A stretch of 64,000 bases of DNA, taken from NCBI GenBank assembly GCA_038733315.1, contig JAVYPJ010000001.1:146770-210769 (forward strand), given 5' to 3'. The notes under the pieces are model-generated. The model worked only from the letters and a program-made list of their open reading frames with translations, was not told the origin of the DNA and did not search any database. The position numbers and the translations under genes were made by a program. Position 1 is the first letter of the stretch. Each line of letters opens with the position of its first letter. Positions 40,549-49,978 of the stretch are shown here, one piece after another. The DNA is from Candidatus Aenigmatarchaeota archaeon. GTDB lineage: Archaea > Aenigmatarchaeota > Aenigmatarchaeia > CG10238-14 > SpSt-28.

Positions 40549-42258
40549 ATGGAAATAGAGATTAAAGTAGATAAGGAGACAGTTAAAAGGATGTATAAAC
40601 CATTTATAGTAACGATTTTTTTGATTTTTTCTCTTATAATTTTTTATAATAATTTGAGAGTAGTTCTTAATTATCCTATAGTTTTTGGAGATGAGGGCTT
40701 CCATATGAAAATAGCTAAGGAAATGACATTAAGGAAAGAATTTATACACTTTTATTATTTTTTTGGACCTAATCATCAGGCTTCTGGATATCTTACAACT
40801 TTTCATTTCATAGAGGCTTTTGGTTTTTTGATTTCAGAGTATTTTGCAAGGTTTTTGTTACCCTTTTCAATTTTTTTAATAGCTTTTTCGGTTTTTGCTC
40901 TGTTTTGGAAGCTATTTGATGAAAAAATAGCTTTATTATCAGCAATTCTAGTACAAGTTTTTCAATCTACAGTTATATACTCTACAACTTTTTATGTAGA
41001 TAATCTTTTCTTGCTATATAATTTTTTGGCTTTTTCTTTTCTTTTTATTTTTGCTAGGGAAAAAAATTTAAGATATTTGTTACTATCGTCTGTGTTTTTT
41101 TCATTACTCTTTTTTTCGAAGCCTATGTTAAATGTTGTGGCAGCTTTTAGTATATTTTTCTTAGTTCTATACTACTTATATTTGAAAGTTATAAACTATA
41201 AACAGTTAGTATTATATTTTGTTTTTCCTTTAATGTTTTTTTCATCGATAATTTTGATGAATGTTAGTATATATAACAAAATATGTTATAATTATTGGTA
41301 TATTTCTGAAATAATTAACAAAATTTTAAAGTTAAGTGGCGAGTGTATAATAAGAACAACTGATTATGTTGAGAAGTATTCATATAAAGATTTTAGTGAT
41401 GTGACAGAAAGAGTTGGAAGCGAGCAGACACTTTTTGATTTTGGATTACTTAATTATATTTCTTTTGCATATGGAAACAGCTTATTTATAGTGTTTACCC
41501 TTTTTACATCTATTTGTTATATTTTGTTTAAAATGAGAAGATATGATATATTATTTCCATCTATTCCAATAATTTTGCTAACTATTGTATGGCTTTCAAC
41601 ATTTTACATATTTTTTGGTGATTTAGGTATTTTTGGTAGAACAGAAGACGCAGCTAGATATACTTATATTTTCAATCCATTTCTTGCTCTTTACATCTCT
41701 CTTTTCATATATTTCATAAGAGATGTATGTAGTATTTTTTCAAGAAAAATAGATTTCACACTTTTATTTAATTTATCCTTTTTTGTTTTGGTGTTTTTTG
41801 TAATACTAATATTCTATCCGTTATATTCAGAAAAACTTGAAATAATGAAAAGAGTAAAATCGTTTTCTAGCAAGTTTTTCGAAGCATGCGATTGGGTAAA
41901 GAATAACATTAATTCTACAGAAACTTTATATTCTCTTTGGGGACAAAGAGTTTCGTATAACTGTGAAAGAAAGATGGTGGGTGTTTTGGATTTGAGATTT
42001 AGTAGAAACGCAACCGAAATATATGAAATTTCTAAAAAAATTGGTTTAAACTACTTTTTCATAGAAAAGTTTAGCATAGATCCATTAAACAGAAATTTTG
42101 CAGAGATGTATGATTTAGACTGGGTTAAAATTCTTTTAGAAAACCCACAATACTTTGAGAAGGTTTATGAAAACGGTGTTGAAATAAATTCTTGTATAAA
42201 TAATTACTTACCGAGAGGTTTAGTGTGCGATGGTGTAATAATTTTAAGAGTAGTTTAG
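40549..42258 (+). CDS. GT-C (ArnT/PMT-like) glycosyltransferase
   Basis: GDEGFH after TM1, many TMs, ARY, ACDWVKNN C-terminal domain. Confidence 0.8.
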   Translation: MEIEIKVDKETVKRMYKPFIVTIFLIFSLIIFYNNLRVVLNYPIVFGDEGFHMKIAKEMTLRKEFIHFYYFFGPNHQASGYLTTFHFIEAFGFLISEYFARFLLPFSIFLIAFSVFALFWKLFDEKIALLSAILVQVFQSTVIYSTTFYVDNLFLLYNFLAFSFLFIFAREKNLRYLLLSSVFFSLLFFSKPMLNVVAAFSIFFLVLYYLYLKVINYKQLVLYFVFPLMFFSSIILMNVSIYNKICYNYWYISEIINKILKLSGECIIRTTDYVEKYSYKDFSDVTERVGSEQTLFDFGLLNYISFAYGNSLFIVFTLFTSICYILFKMRRYDILFPSIPIILLTIVWLSTFYIFFGDLGIFGRTEDAARYTYIFNPFLALYISLFIYFIRDVCSIFSRKIDFTLLFNLSFFVLVFFVILIFYPLYSEKLEIMKRVKSFSSKFFEACDWVKNNINSTETLYSLWGQRVSYNCERKMVGVLDLRFSRNATEIYEISKKIGLNYFFIEKFSIDPLNRNFAEMYDLDWVKILLENPQYFEKVYENGVEINSCINNYLPRGLVCDGVIILRVV

Positions 42259-43269
42259 AAAACCAAATTTATGATTTACTAATTTTTTAAAATTTTCAAA
42301 TCCGTTATTACCAAAACCAATTTTTTTAGATAATTCTATTATCTTTTCACTTTTTACTAAATCTAGACTTTCATAGAAATCATTATTGTAGAATTTAAGC
42401 CAAATAATATAATACTTGTTAAAGTTTGGTAATATAGAGGCGATAAGACTTAAAGAATTTCTTAACCATTTTGGGTTAATAAGTTTTTTATATCCCAGCA
42501 GAACAGCTCTTATCATTTCTTGAAGCAAAATAAAAAGAATTAAAAGATAAAAGAACCCGATTTTTCCAAATTTCTTTAAAATAAAGTTTCTTAACTTTTC
42601 TGATAGTTTTATGTATCTATTTGAAGTTAGTCTAAATTCATCTCTAAACCAAAAATTAATTTTACTATCTGTGTAACATAACATTCTAAAACCTATTACA
42701 AGTTTTTCTATTGTAAAATATTTTGTTGACCTCTTCAGCTTTTCTGATAAACTCAAAGAAAAATCGCTTCTAGTGTGTACTATTTTATATTTTTTTGGAA
42801 GTTTACATACATTTTCTGTTAATACGCTAAATCTAACAAAGGTAAGTCCAGTAGGATATGCAACACTTTTTTTAAAAAACATGAACATATAGATAAAAGT
42901 CTGGATATCTTCCTGTCTAAAAATTTTATAGGCATCATATTTGCCTTTAGACAATTTCCTTAAGTTTTTAAGTAAAAATAAATTTGGAAGTTCATCTGAA
43001 TCTAAAAATAAAATCCAATCATATTTACATTCGTTAATTCCAACCTTATAATAAAAATCAGCGATTCCTATTGGTGGGAGCCATACAACTCTTACTTTTC
43101 TATAACTTTTCTCTAAGTCTTTCATTAATTTCTTTTGATTTTCTTTAATGGAACTATCAATTATAACAATTTCATCAACATACGGATAAATAACTCTTAT
43201 CTGTTTACTAATAAGTTCATATTCATCTATCGAAAAAATTAGCGCGGAAATACCATATCTCATAATCAA
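42244..43269 (-). CDS. GT2 family glycosyltransferase
   Basis: VDEIVIIDSS, DWILFLDSDE (DxD). Confidence 0.85.
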   Translation of the reverse strand: MIMRYGISALIFSIDEYELISKQIRVIYPYVDEIVIIDSSIKENQKKLMKDLEKSYRKVRVVWLPPIGIADFYYKVGINECKYDWILFLDSDELPNLFLLKNLRKLSKGKYDAYKIFRQEDIQTFIYMFMFFKKSVAYPTGLTFVRFSVLTENVCKLPKKYKIVHTRSDFSLSLSEKLKRSTKYFTIEKLVIGFRMLCYTDSKINFWFRDEFRLTSNRYIKLSEKLRNFILKKFGKIGFFYLLILFILLQEMIRAVLLGYKKLINPKWLRNSLSLIASILPNFNKYYIIWLKFYNNDFYESLDLVKSEKIIELSKKIGFGNNGFENFKKLVNHKFGFLNYS

Positions 43270-43295
43270 AAATTTAAACCTAATAATTTTTTATA

Positions 43296-44060
43296 TTATA
43301 GGAAAGCCCCGTCGTCTAGCGGCCAAGGATGCCGGGCTTTGGTCAGCACCAAAGCTTTGAATAGAAATGAAAGAAACCCGGAGACCCCGGTTCGAATCCG
43401 GGCGGGGCTATTTTTTATCAATTTTTTAATTATTAAATAATAGTTATATTTATCTTCGATTATTTTAAATTCTTTGACTTTTAAAATCTCTAAATCTCTT
43501 TTAATTTCTCTTTTTGAATAGGTGTGGTAAAATCTTTTTAAGGTTTTTCCTCTGTACTTCCATTCCAAGAGTATATCCCCAAAACAAAAAAATCTTAAAA
43601 AACCAGGAATTAATCTAAATATAGTTAGTGATGAAACTCTCTTTAATACTGAAATAAGGCAGATGTTTTTAGATATCCTAATCATTTCATTCAACGCTTT
43701 GATTCTTTCTGCTCTTTTTTTAATATGATGAATAGTTGCAATACTAAATACGAAATCAAACGAGTGGTTTTTGAAAGGCAAATTCCTTGCGTCTGCTATA
43801 ATTAAGCATGCATTTAATTTCTTTCTTTTTAAATACTCTTTTGCATTTTTTATCATATTTTTTGAAAAATCTACACCAACTAAAAAGTTGTTGTTTTTAA
43901 ATTCAGACAATTGTGTTGCCGTTCCGCAACCTATCTCTATTATTTTTTTGTTTCTTAAACTTCTAAACTTTTCTATAATTTTAAACTTTTGCCTTATATT
44001 TACCCAACTATCCGCAACTTTTTCATAGAATTCCTTTACATATAATCTTTCGACTTCCAT
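43296..44060 (-). CDS. Trm9/ALKBH8-like class I methyltransferase
   Basis: ERLYVKEFYEKVA, EIGCG, FDFVFSIATIHHI, RFYHTYSKREI resemble yeast Trm9 motifs; 3' end runs antisense through tRNA-Gln. Confidence 0.75.
   Translation of the reverse strand: MEVERLYVKEFYEKVADSWVNIRQKFKIIEKFRSLRNKKIIEIGCGTATQLSEFKNNNFLVGVDFSKNMIKNAKEYLKRKKLNACLIIADARNLPFKNHSFDFVFSIATIHHIKKRAERIKALNEMIRISKNICLISVLKRVSSLTIFRLIPGFLRFFCFGDILLEWKYRGKTLKRFYHTYSKREIKRDLEILKVKEFKIIEDKYNYYLIIKKLIKNSPARIRTGVSGFLSFLFKALVLTKARHPWPLDDGAFL
43305..43410 (+). tRNA. tRNA-Gln(TTG) with 33-nt intron at 37/38 (43343-43375)
   Basis: A1-U72 acceptor AGCCCCG/CGGGGCT, anticodon stem CCGGG/CCCGG, central helix CTTT/AAAG, GGTTCGAATCC. Confidence 0.93.
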
Positions 44061-44153
44061 GGATATAAACATCAGTAACTCTTATTTTTTAACCTTATTG
44101 TTTATTACCGTTGAATAGTAAAAAATATATAACTCTTTTAACATAATAAATTT

Positions 44154-44333
44154 ATGGTAATGGAAAAAAATATAAGCGTAACTAAAGTTAAGAATGTTAG
44201 GAAGATGTATTTGAAGGAAATAGAAAAGGCAAAAATAGCTTTATTATCATCTAAAACACCAAGAGAAATTAGGGCTTTGCAGGCTAGGATTAAATATCTA
44301 GAAGATTTATTAAGAAAAACTTCAGAAGAATAA
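44154..44333 (+). CDS. small basic helical protein (not in ORF track)
   Basis: 59 aa MVMEKNISVTKVKNVRKMYLKEIEKAKIALLSSKTPREIRALQARIKYLEDLLRKTSEE, 11 nt upstream of elp3. Confidence 0.6.
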   Translation: MVMEKNISVTKVKNVRKMYLKEIEKAKIALLSSKTPREIRALQARIKYLEDLLRKTSEE

Positions 44334-44344
44334 AGGATTATTTT

Positions 44345-45919
44345 ATGAAGAGTTCTATAGATATAGAATTTCCTATGGAATATTTGTTAGATTTGGTAAA
44401 AACAAAAAATAAAGATGAATTTGAAAAGAAAAAAATTTCCTTAGCAAAAAAGTATAATGTCCCAGTTTTAAAAACAACTGAATTATGTAAGATAATCAAA
44501 AACAAGCTCGGTATAGATATTTCGGAAAAAGTAAAGAGCAAAATTATAAGAGCAAGTAGTGGGGTTTTAATAATAACTTTAGCAACGAAACAGGATAATT
44601 GTGGTGGTAGATGTATTTACTGCCCAAAATTTAGAGATATTCCTAAAAGTTATACACCAAATGAACCAGCGATACAAAGAGCAAAAAATAATAATTTTGA
44701 TCCATATCTTCAGATAAAGAATAGATTAACACACTACTCACTAATGGGTTTATTAGATAAAAACTCAAAAATAGAGATTATAATTCTTGGAACTTTCCTT
44801 AGCTTAGAAGATGAATATAAAAAATGGTTTATAAAAAGAATTTTTGATGCTTTAAATGAGGAAGATAGCGAATCTATAGAAGAGGCTCATAGGAAAAACG
44901 AAAAAGCAAATTATAGATGCGTAGCTTTAACAATTGAAACTAGACCTAATATGTGTTTAGAGAAGCATGTAGATGAAATGTTATCTTATGGTGTTACGAG
45001 AGTTGAGATTGGAGTTCAAAGTGTTTATAACGATGTCTTAAGTTTTGTGAAAAGAGATCATACAATAGAGGATGTTAAAAAAGCAACAAAAATTGCGAGA
45101 AATGCGGCGTTAAAGATTACATATCATATAATGCCAAACTTACCAAAAAGCGATTTTGATAGGGATTTAGAAATGTTTAAAATATTGTTTGAAGATAAAG
45201 ATTTAAGGCCAGATTATTTAAAGATATATCCTTTACAACTTTTTAAGAATACAGAGCTTTGGAAAATGTATGAGAATGGAGAATTTAGATTATACGAATT
45301 TAGCGAATTGGTAGAGTTGCTGGCTATAGCGTTAAAATTCATTCCAAAATATGTAAGAATTCAAAGAATTGGAAGAGATTTACCAAAGAATGATATAGAT
45401 GCAGGGTATTCTTTAACAAATCTAAGAGAATATGTTGAGAAAAGAGCGAAAGAGTTGGGAATTTATTGTAAGTGTATAAGATGTAGGGAGGTCGGAATTA
45501 AAATTAAAAATAATTTAGAAATAGATTTTGATAGCATAGAATTAAAAAGAATAGATTATGAAGCTAATGATGGAAATGAAATCTTTCTATTTTTTGAGGA
45601 TAAATACGAGACTCTTTACGCATATCTAAGGTTAAGAATACCAGATAGCTCTCATAGAAAAGAAATAAATTCTAAATCTGCAGTAATAAGAGAATTAAAA
45701 GTTTTAGGATTGCATTTGCCTGTAGAATCTATACCAAAGGAATTTAATTTTCAGCATAGGGGTTTAGGAAAAAAATTAATGAAAGCAGCAGAAGAGGTGG
45801 CTTTAAACGAGTTTGATAGAAATAAAATGGTTGTAATAAGTGCTGTTGGTACTAGAGAATACTATAGAAAACTTGGTTATACTATTGATGGACCATATAT
45901 GAGTAAGTTATTGGTTTAA
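44345..45919 (+). CDS. elp3: Elp3 tRNA wobble-uridine carboxymethyltransferase (radical SAM + KAT)
   Basis: CGGRCIYC, PKSY..NEPA, IETRP, RVEIGVQS, YLKIYP, QHRGLG. Confidence 0.95.
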   Translation: MKSSIDIEFPMEYLLDLVKTKNKDEFEKKKISLAKKYNVPVLKTTELCKIIKNKLGIDISEKVKSKIIRASSGVLIITLATKQDNCGGRCIYCPKFRDIPKSYTPNEPAIQRAKNNNFDPYLQIKNRLTHYSLMGLLDKNSKIEIIILGTFLSLEDEYKKWFIKRIFDALNEEDSESIEEAHRKNEKANYRCVALTIETRPNMCLEKHVDEMLSYGVTRVEIGVQSVYNDVLSFVKRDHTIEDVKKATKIARNAALKITYHIMPNLPKSDFDRDLEMFKILFEDKDLRPDYLKIYPLQLFKNTELWKMYENGEFRLYEFSELVELLAIALKFIPKYVRIQRIGRDLPKNDIDAGYSLTNLREYVEKRAKELGIYCKCIRCREVGIKIKNNLEIDFDSIELKRIDYEANDGNEIFLFFEDKYETLYAYLRLRIPDSSHRKEINSKSAVIRELKVLGLHLPVESIPKEFNFQHRGLGKKLMKAAEEVALNEFDRNKMVVISAVGTREYYRKLGYTIDGPYMSKLLV

Positions 45920-45951
45920 TTAGTTATATTTCTTAATAAGGAATACTTTTA

Positions 45952-46551
45952 ATGGGTAAATACATAGTAATAGAGGGTATAGATGGTGCTGGTAAAACCA
46001 CTATTTGTAATTTATTATCGAAGGATTTAGAAAACTCTTTTCTTATTAAAGAACCTTCTGACAGAGAAATAGGTAAGTTTATTAGATTTTTGTTAGAGAG
46101 TCAAAACGAAAATATGAGGAATCCGTTTATTTCTATGCTAATGTTTTTTTCAGATAGAATATCCATAAGAGAAAAAATAATTGAGCTAAGAAATTCTTAT
46201 AACTATATAATTTCAGACAGAAGTTTCTTATCAACTTATGCTTATCAGATTTCATTGATAGAAGATGAAAAGGAGAAAAAAATATTCTTGAACATATTTA
46301 GGGAACTTTTGAAATTAATAGAAATTCCGGATGTCATAGTAATTTTAGATGTTGATATTGATGTTGCGTTAGAAAGAATACGTAAAGATAACAGAACAAA
46401 ATCTCTGTATGAAAATAGAGAATTTTTAAAAAAAGTTTCTGAAAACTATAGGAATTTAAAATTGGATTTAGATAATGTTTATTTAGTGGATGCAAATAGA
46501 GATATTAATGATGTTGAGAGAGATGTATTAAGTATTATTAAACAACTTTAA
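45952..46551 (+). CDS. tmk: thymidylate kinase
   Basis: IEGIDGAGKTT, KEPS, SDRSFLSTYAYQ. Confidence 0.95.
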   Translation: MGKYIVIEGIDGAGKTTICNLLSKDLENSFLIKEPSDREIGKFIRFLLESQNENMRNPFISMLMFFSDRISIREKIIELRNSYNYIISDRSFLSTYAYQISLIEDEKEKKIFLNIFRELLKLIEIPDVIVILDVDIDVALERIRKDNRTKSLYENREFLKKVSENYRNLKLDLDNVYLVDANRDINDVERDVLSIIKQL

Positions 46552-47632
46552 CTTCCACACCAAGCAATTCTTTTAAGCATACTTCAAAAAACCTTATGTT
46601 AATACCTTTATTTCCTAATACTATTGGTCTCTGCTCTTTTGTTGTATGAATATATAAATATGGACCTTTAAGTTCTATCTCTTTTAATTCTTTTGCTAAT
46701 TTACCAGCTGGGTGAAAAACTCTAAAATACTCTCTTAAATCTAAGGTTAGTTCTAAAATTCTTATAGTTAAATTTAATTTATTCTCTAGTGATTGAATTG
46801 TTTGACCGTGCTTTCCAATAATTTTTCCGGCTTGGTTTTCTTTAACTACTATAACTACATCTGGTGCAGATTTTAATTTTTGTGAATCAAAAAGTTTCTT
46901 AATTTTTCTTAGGTCTAAAACAGTTATTATATCTATATTATCAACCTCTTCTAAGATTAAGTCTAAAATTTCCTTTTCTTCTTTTTCCATTTCTCTTTTT
47001 CTTAATTTTGTTTCTAATAACAACTTTACTCCAATTTTAGCACCATTTCTAATTATATCATTTAAACCTAACTCAACTATTTGAGAATCTTTTTGGTTAG
47101 ATAAAATTTCTCTCAAAATTTTTATCGTTTGATAATTTTCTGCTTGTAATAAAGCATCTCCAGCAATTATTAATCTTGAATTAGAGCCAACTCTCATTAA
47201 TATTTCAACTATTCTTTCTGGTTTAACTAATTGAACATCATCTATAAATATTATCGAATCATCAAAACTTCTTCCTATAAGAGATGAAAAATCTGCGAAA
47301 ACGATTCTTTTTTGTTTTATGAACTCTTCTATTTCGTCCCACTCTATTTTTAAGTTATCGGCAATATCTTTAAGGTATTGTTTTATATTTTCAAAATATA
47401 ATTCTCCTAGTTCAGCAAGCGTAAACTCCTTTTTTGTTGATGGGTCTATAAAAGGCTTAACTATTATTAGTTTTTTTGTTTTTGTTTGCTTCAAAACTCT
47501 TAGAGCATAGTCTATAACAAAAAAAGTTTTGCCGCTTCCTGTAGGACCAAATATTGCTAAATAGATAATTCTTTCATTATTCAGAGCGTTATACAACTCT
47601 TTTTGGTTTTCTGTTAATGGTTTAATTGTCAT
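46538..47632 (-). CDS. PhoH-like ATPase with C-terminal KH domains
   Basis: IKPLTENQ, GPTGSGKT, GRSFDD, IDDVQ, AGD; IIGKHG and VLGNKG GxxG motifs. Confidence 0.88.
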   Translation of the reverse strand: MTIKPLTENQKELYNALNNERIIYLAIFGPTGSGKTFFVIDYALRVLKQTKTKKLIIVKPFIDPSTKKEFTLAELGELYFENIKQYLKDIADNLKIEWDEIEEFIKQKRIVFADFSSLIGRSFDDSIIFIDDVQLVKPERIVEILMRVGSNSRLIIAGDALLQAENYQTIKILREILSNQKDSQIVELGLNDIIRNGAKIGVKLLLETKLRKREMEKEEKEILDLILEEVDNIDIITVLDLRKIKKLFDSQKLKSAPDVVIVVKENQAGKIIGKHGQTIQSLENKLNLTIRILELTLDLREYFRVFHPAGKLAKELKEIELKGPYLYIHTTKEQRPIVLGNKGINIRFFEVCLKELLGVEVKVV

Positions 47633-47702
47633 AATATATTTTTAATTAAAGTAATTTCATAGTAGATAGTAGAATATATAGGAGAAGTGCGTATTATTAT
47701 TA

Positions 47703-47731
47703 TTGCAAATCTGAATAGTGATGATTTGCAA
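47703..47731 (+). promoter_or_regulatory. C/D-type K-loop hairpin in the TRAM gene leader
   Basis: TTGCAAAT-CTGA-ATA-GTGATG-ATTTGCAA: box D CTGA and box C GTGATGA closed by an 8-bp stem. Confidence 0.7.
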
Positions 47732-47739
47732 GTATTAAG

Positions 47740-47928
47740 ATGGGTAAGCCAGTAAAAGAAGGTCAAATAATAGATTTAGAAATAAAAGAAATTAGTAGAA
47801 GAGGTGATGGAATAGCGAGGGTCGATAATTTTGTTATTTTTGTTAAGGGAGCACAAACTGGAGAAAAAGTTAAAACAAAGATAGTTAAGGTTATGAATAG
47901 TTTTGCTATAGGGGTGGCTATTAGATAA
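47740..47928 (+). CDS. single TRAM-domain RNA chaperone
   Basis: KPVKEG, GDGIARVDNFVIFVKG, FAIG. Confidence 0.92.
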   Translation: MGKPVKEGQIIDLEIKEISRRGDGIARVDNFVIFVKGAQTGEKVKTKIVKVMNSFAIGVAIR

Positions 47929-47948
47929 GCCACCTATTTTTGTTTTTT
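47913..47948 (+). terminator. hairpin plus T-tract after the TRAM gene
   Basis: GGTGGCT/AGCCACC stem followed by TATTTTTGTTTTTT. Confidence 0.5.
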
Positions 47949-47989
47949 TAAATAAAAAAGATTTAAATACTTTTTTAATAATAAACTTT

Positions 47990-49267
47990 ATGCCACAAAA
48001 ACCACACTTAAATATAGTGATTGTAGGACATGTAGATCAAGGAAAATCAACACTAGCTGGTAGGTTATTCTATGAAACAGGAGCAATAAGAGACGATGAG
48101 CTAAGAAAACTAAGAGAAATGGCACAAGAATTTAAAATAGAGGGTGGAGAATTTGCTTACATTTTAGATAAAGAAATAGAAGAAAGAAAAAGAGGAATGA
48201 CAATAGATATAGCTCATAGGCCGTTCGAAACACAAAAATATTATTTTACTATAATAGATGCTCCAGGTCATAGAGATTTCGTTAAGAATATGATTACAGG
48301 AGCTTCTCAAGCCGACGCAGCAATTTTAGTTGTAAGCGCTAAGCCTGGTGAAGGAGTTCAGGCACAAACAAAGGAGCATGCATACTTAATAAGAGTATTG
48401 GGAATAAGTCAATTGATAGTTGTCATAACAAAAATGGATACCGTAAACTATGATGAAAAAGTTTTTAATAAATTAAAAGATGAGATAATAAACGGATTAT
48501 TAAGACCGCTTGGATTTCCAGTAGATAAAATACCAGTGATACCTATAAGTGCGCAGCTCGGTGAAAATATAACAAAGAGAAGTGAAAAAATGCCATGGTA
48601 TAGCGGACCTTGCTTGGTTGAATTATTAGATTCATTACAAGTTCCTCCGAGACCTGTAGATAAACCATTAAGAATTCCAATACAAGATGTTTTTAGCATT
48701 ACTGGAGTAGGTACAGTTCCCGTAGGAAGAGTAGAAAGCGGAAAATTAAAGCCTGGAGATACTGTAGTTTTTGAACCATCTGGTGTTAGAGGAGAAGTTA
48801 AATCCATAGAAATGCATCATCAGCAAATTCCAGAAGCTTTACCTGGAGATAACATTGGATTTAATGTTAGGGGCGTTTCAAAAAATGATATTAGAAGAGG
48901 AGACGTTGCTGGACATCCAAACAATCCACCTACAGTAGCTAAGGAGTTCATTGCTCAGGTAATTATATTAGAGCATCCGACGTCGATTGCTATTGGTTAT
49001 ACTCCAGTATTCCATATTCACACAGCAACAATTTCAGGAAAAATAGTTGAAATAATTGCAAAGATAGATCCTAAAACTGGCCAAGAGGTTGAAAAAAATC
49101 CACAGTTTATTAAAAAGGGAGATGCAGCAAGAATTAGAGTTCAGCCATTAAAACCAGTTGTAGTTGAGAAGTTTTCAGAATATCCGGCACTAGGAAGATT
49201 TGCTATGAGAGATATGGGAATGACGGTTGGAGCAGGAATAGTTCTAGACGTTATAAAGGCCAAATAA
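47990..49267 (+). CDS. tuf: translation elongation factor EF-1alpha
   Basis: GHVDQGKST, DAPGHRDFVKNM, PVGRVE, GRFAMRDMG. Confidence 0.98.
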   Translation: MPQKPHLNIVIVGHVDQGKSTLAGRLFYETGAIRDDELRKLREMAQEFKIEGGEFAYILDKEIEERKRGMTIDIAHRPFETQKYYFTIIDAPGHRDFVKNMITGASQADAAILVVSAKPGEGVQAQTKEHAYLIRVLGISQLIVVITKMDTVNYDEKVFNKLKDEIINGLLRPLGFPVDKIPVIPISAQLGENITKRSEKMPWYSGPCLVELLDSLQVPPRPVDKPLRIPIQDVFSITGVGTVPVGRVESGKLKPGDTVVFEPSGVRGEVKSIEMHHQQIPEALPGDNIGFNVRGVSKNDIRRGDVAGHPNNPPTVAKEFIAQVIILEHPTSIAIGYTPVFHIHTATISGKIVEIIAKIDPKTGQEVEKNPQFIKKGDAARIRVQPLKPVVVEKFSEYPALGRFAMRDMGMTVGAGIVLDVIKAK

Positions 49268-49284
49268 ACCCTTTTTTATTTTTT

Positions 49285-49977
49285 ATGTGGCTTAAAAGAT
49301 TAAATGCACCAAGATTTTGGAGGCAAAAACCCAAAGAAAATAAATACTCTGTAAATCCATCTTGTGGTCCACATCCTAAGGATTATTGCATACCCATAGC
49401 TATTATATTAAGAGATATACTCAATTACGCTGAAAATTTAAAAGAAGCAAAACAGATAGTAAAACAAAGAAAAGTTCTTGTCGATCAAAGAGTTATTAAG
49501 AATTATAGATTTCCATGTGGATTATTTGATGTAATTTCTTTTCCAGATATAAACGAGTTCTATAGGATTACAGTTAATAAGAGTGGATTATGTTTAATAA
49601 AGATTGAAAAGGATGAAGCTAATTTAAAGATAGTAAAGGTTATAAGGAAGACAAAGATATCTGATAAAAAATATCAGTTAACTTTTCATGATGGAAAAAA
49701 CATTGTTGTTGAGGAAAATGAAATTAAGCCACATGATAGTCTGTTAATAGATTTAGCTTCCTTTAAAATTCTAAAATACTTAAAATTCGAAGAAAATTCC
49801 TTAGCTCTTGTTTTTCGTGGAGAAAATTGTGGTAAGGTAGGTAAAATAATTAGTATAACTAAGGGAAGTTTTAATAGAAAATGGTTGGTTGAGTTAAAAA
49901 CCGAAGGAGAAAAAATATCAACAATAAGAGACTATGTTATTGTAGTTGGGGATGATAAAAGTTTAATATCGATATAA
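49285..49977 (+). CDS. rps4e: 30S ribosomal protein eS4
   Basis: LKRLNAP, GPH, FPCGLFDVI, TFHDGKN. Confidence 0.95.
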   Translation: MWLKRLNAPRFWRQKPKENKYSVNPSCGPHPKDYCIPIAIILRDILNYAENLKEAKQIVKQRKVLVDQRVIKNYRFPCGLFDVISFPDINEFYRITVNKSGLCLIKIEKDEANLKIVKVIRKTKISDKKYQLTFHDGKNIVVEENEIKPHDSLLIDLASFKILKYLKFEENSLALVFRGENCGKVGKIISITKGSFNRKWLVELKTEGEKISTIRDYVIVVGDDKSLISI

Positions 49978-49978
49978 T

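Noticed and set aside
47990..48060. EF-1alpha P-loop variant GHVDQGKS as a specialised paralog
   Set aside because: The rest of the protein is canonical aEF-1alpha and that position varies among translational GTPases.
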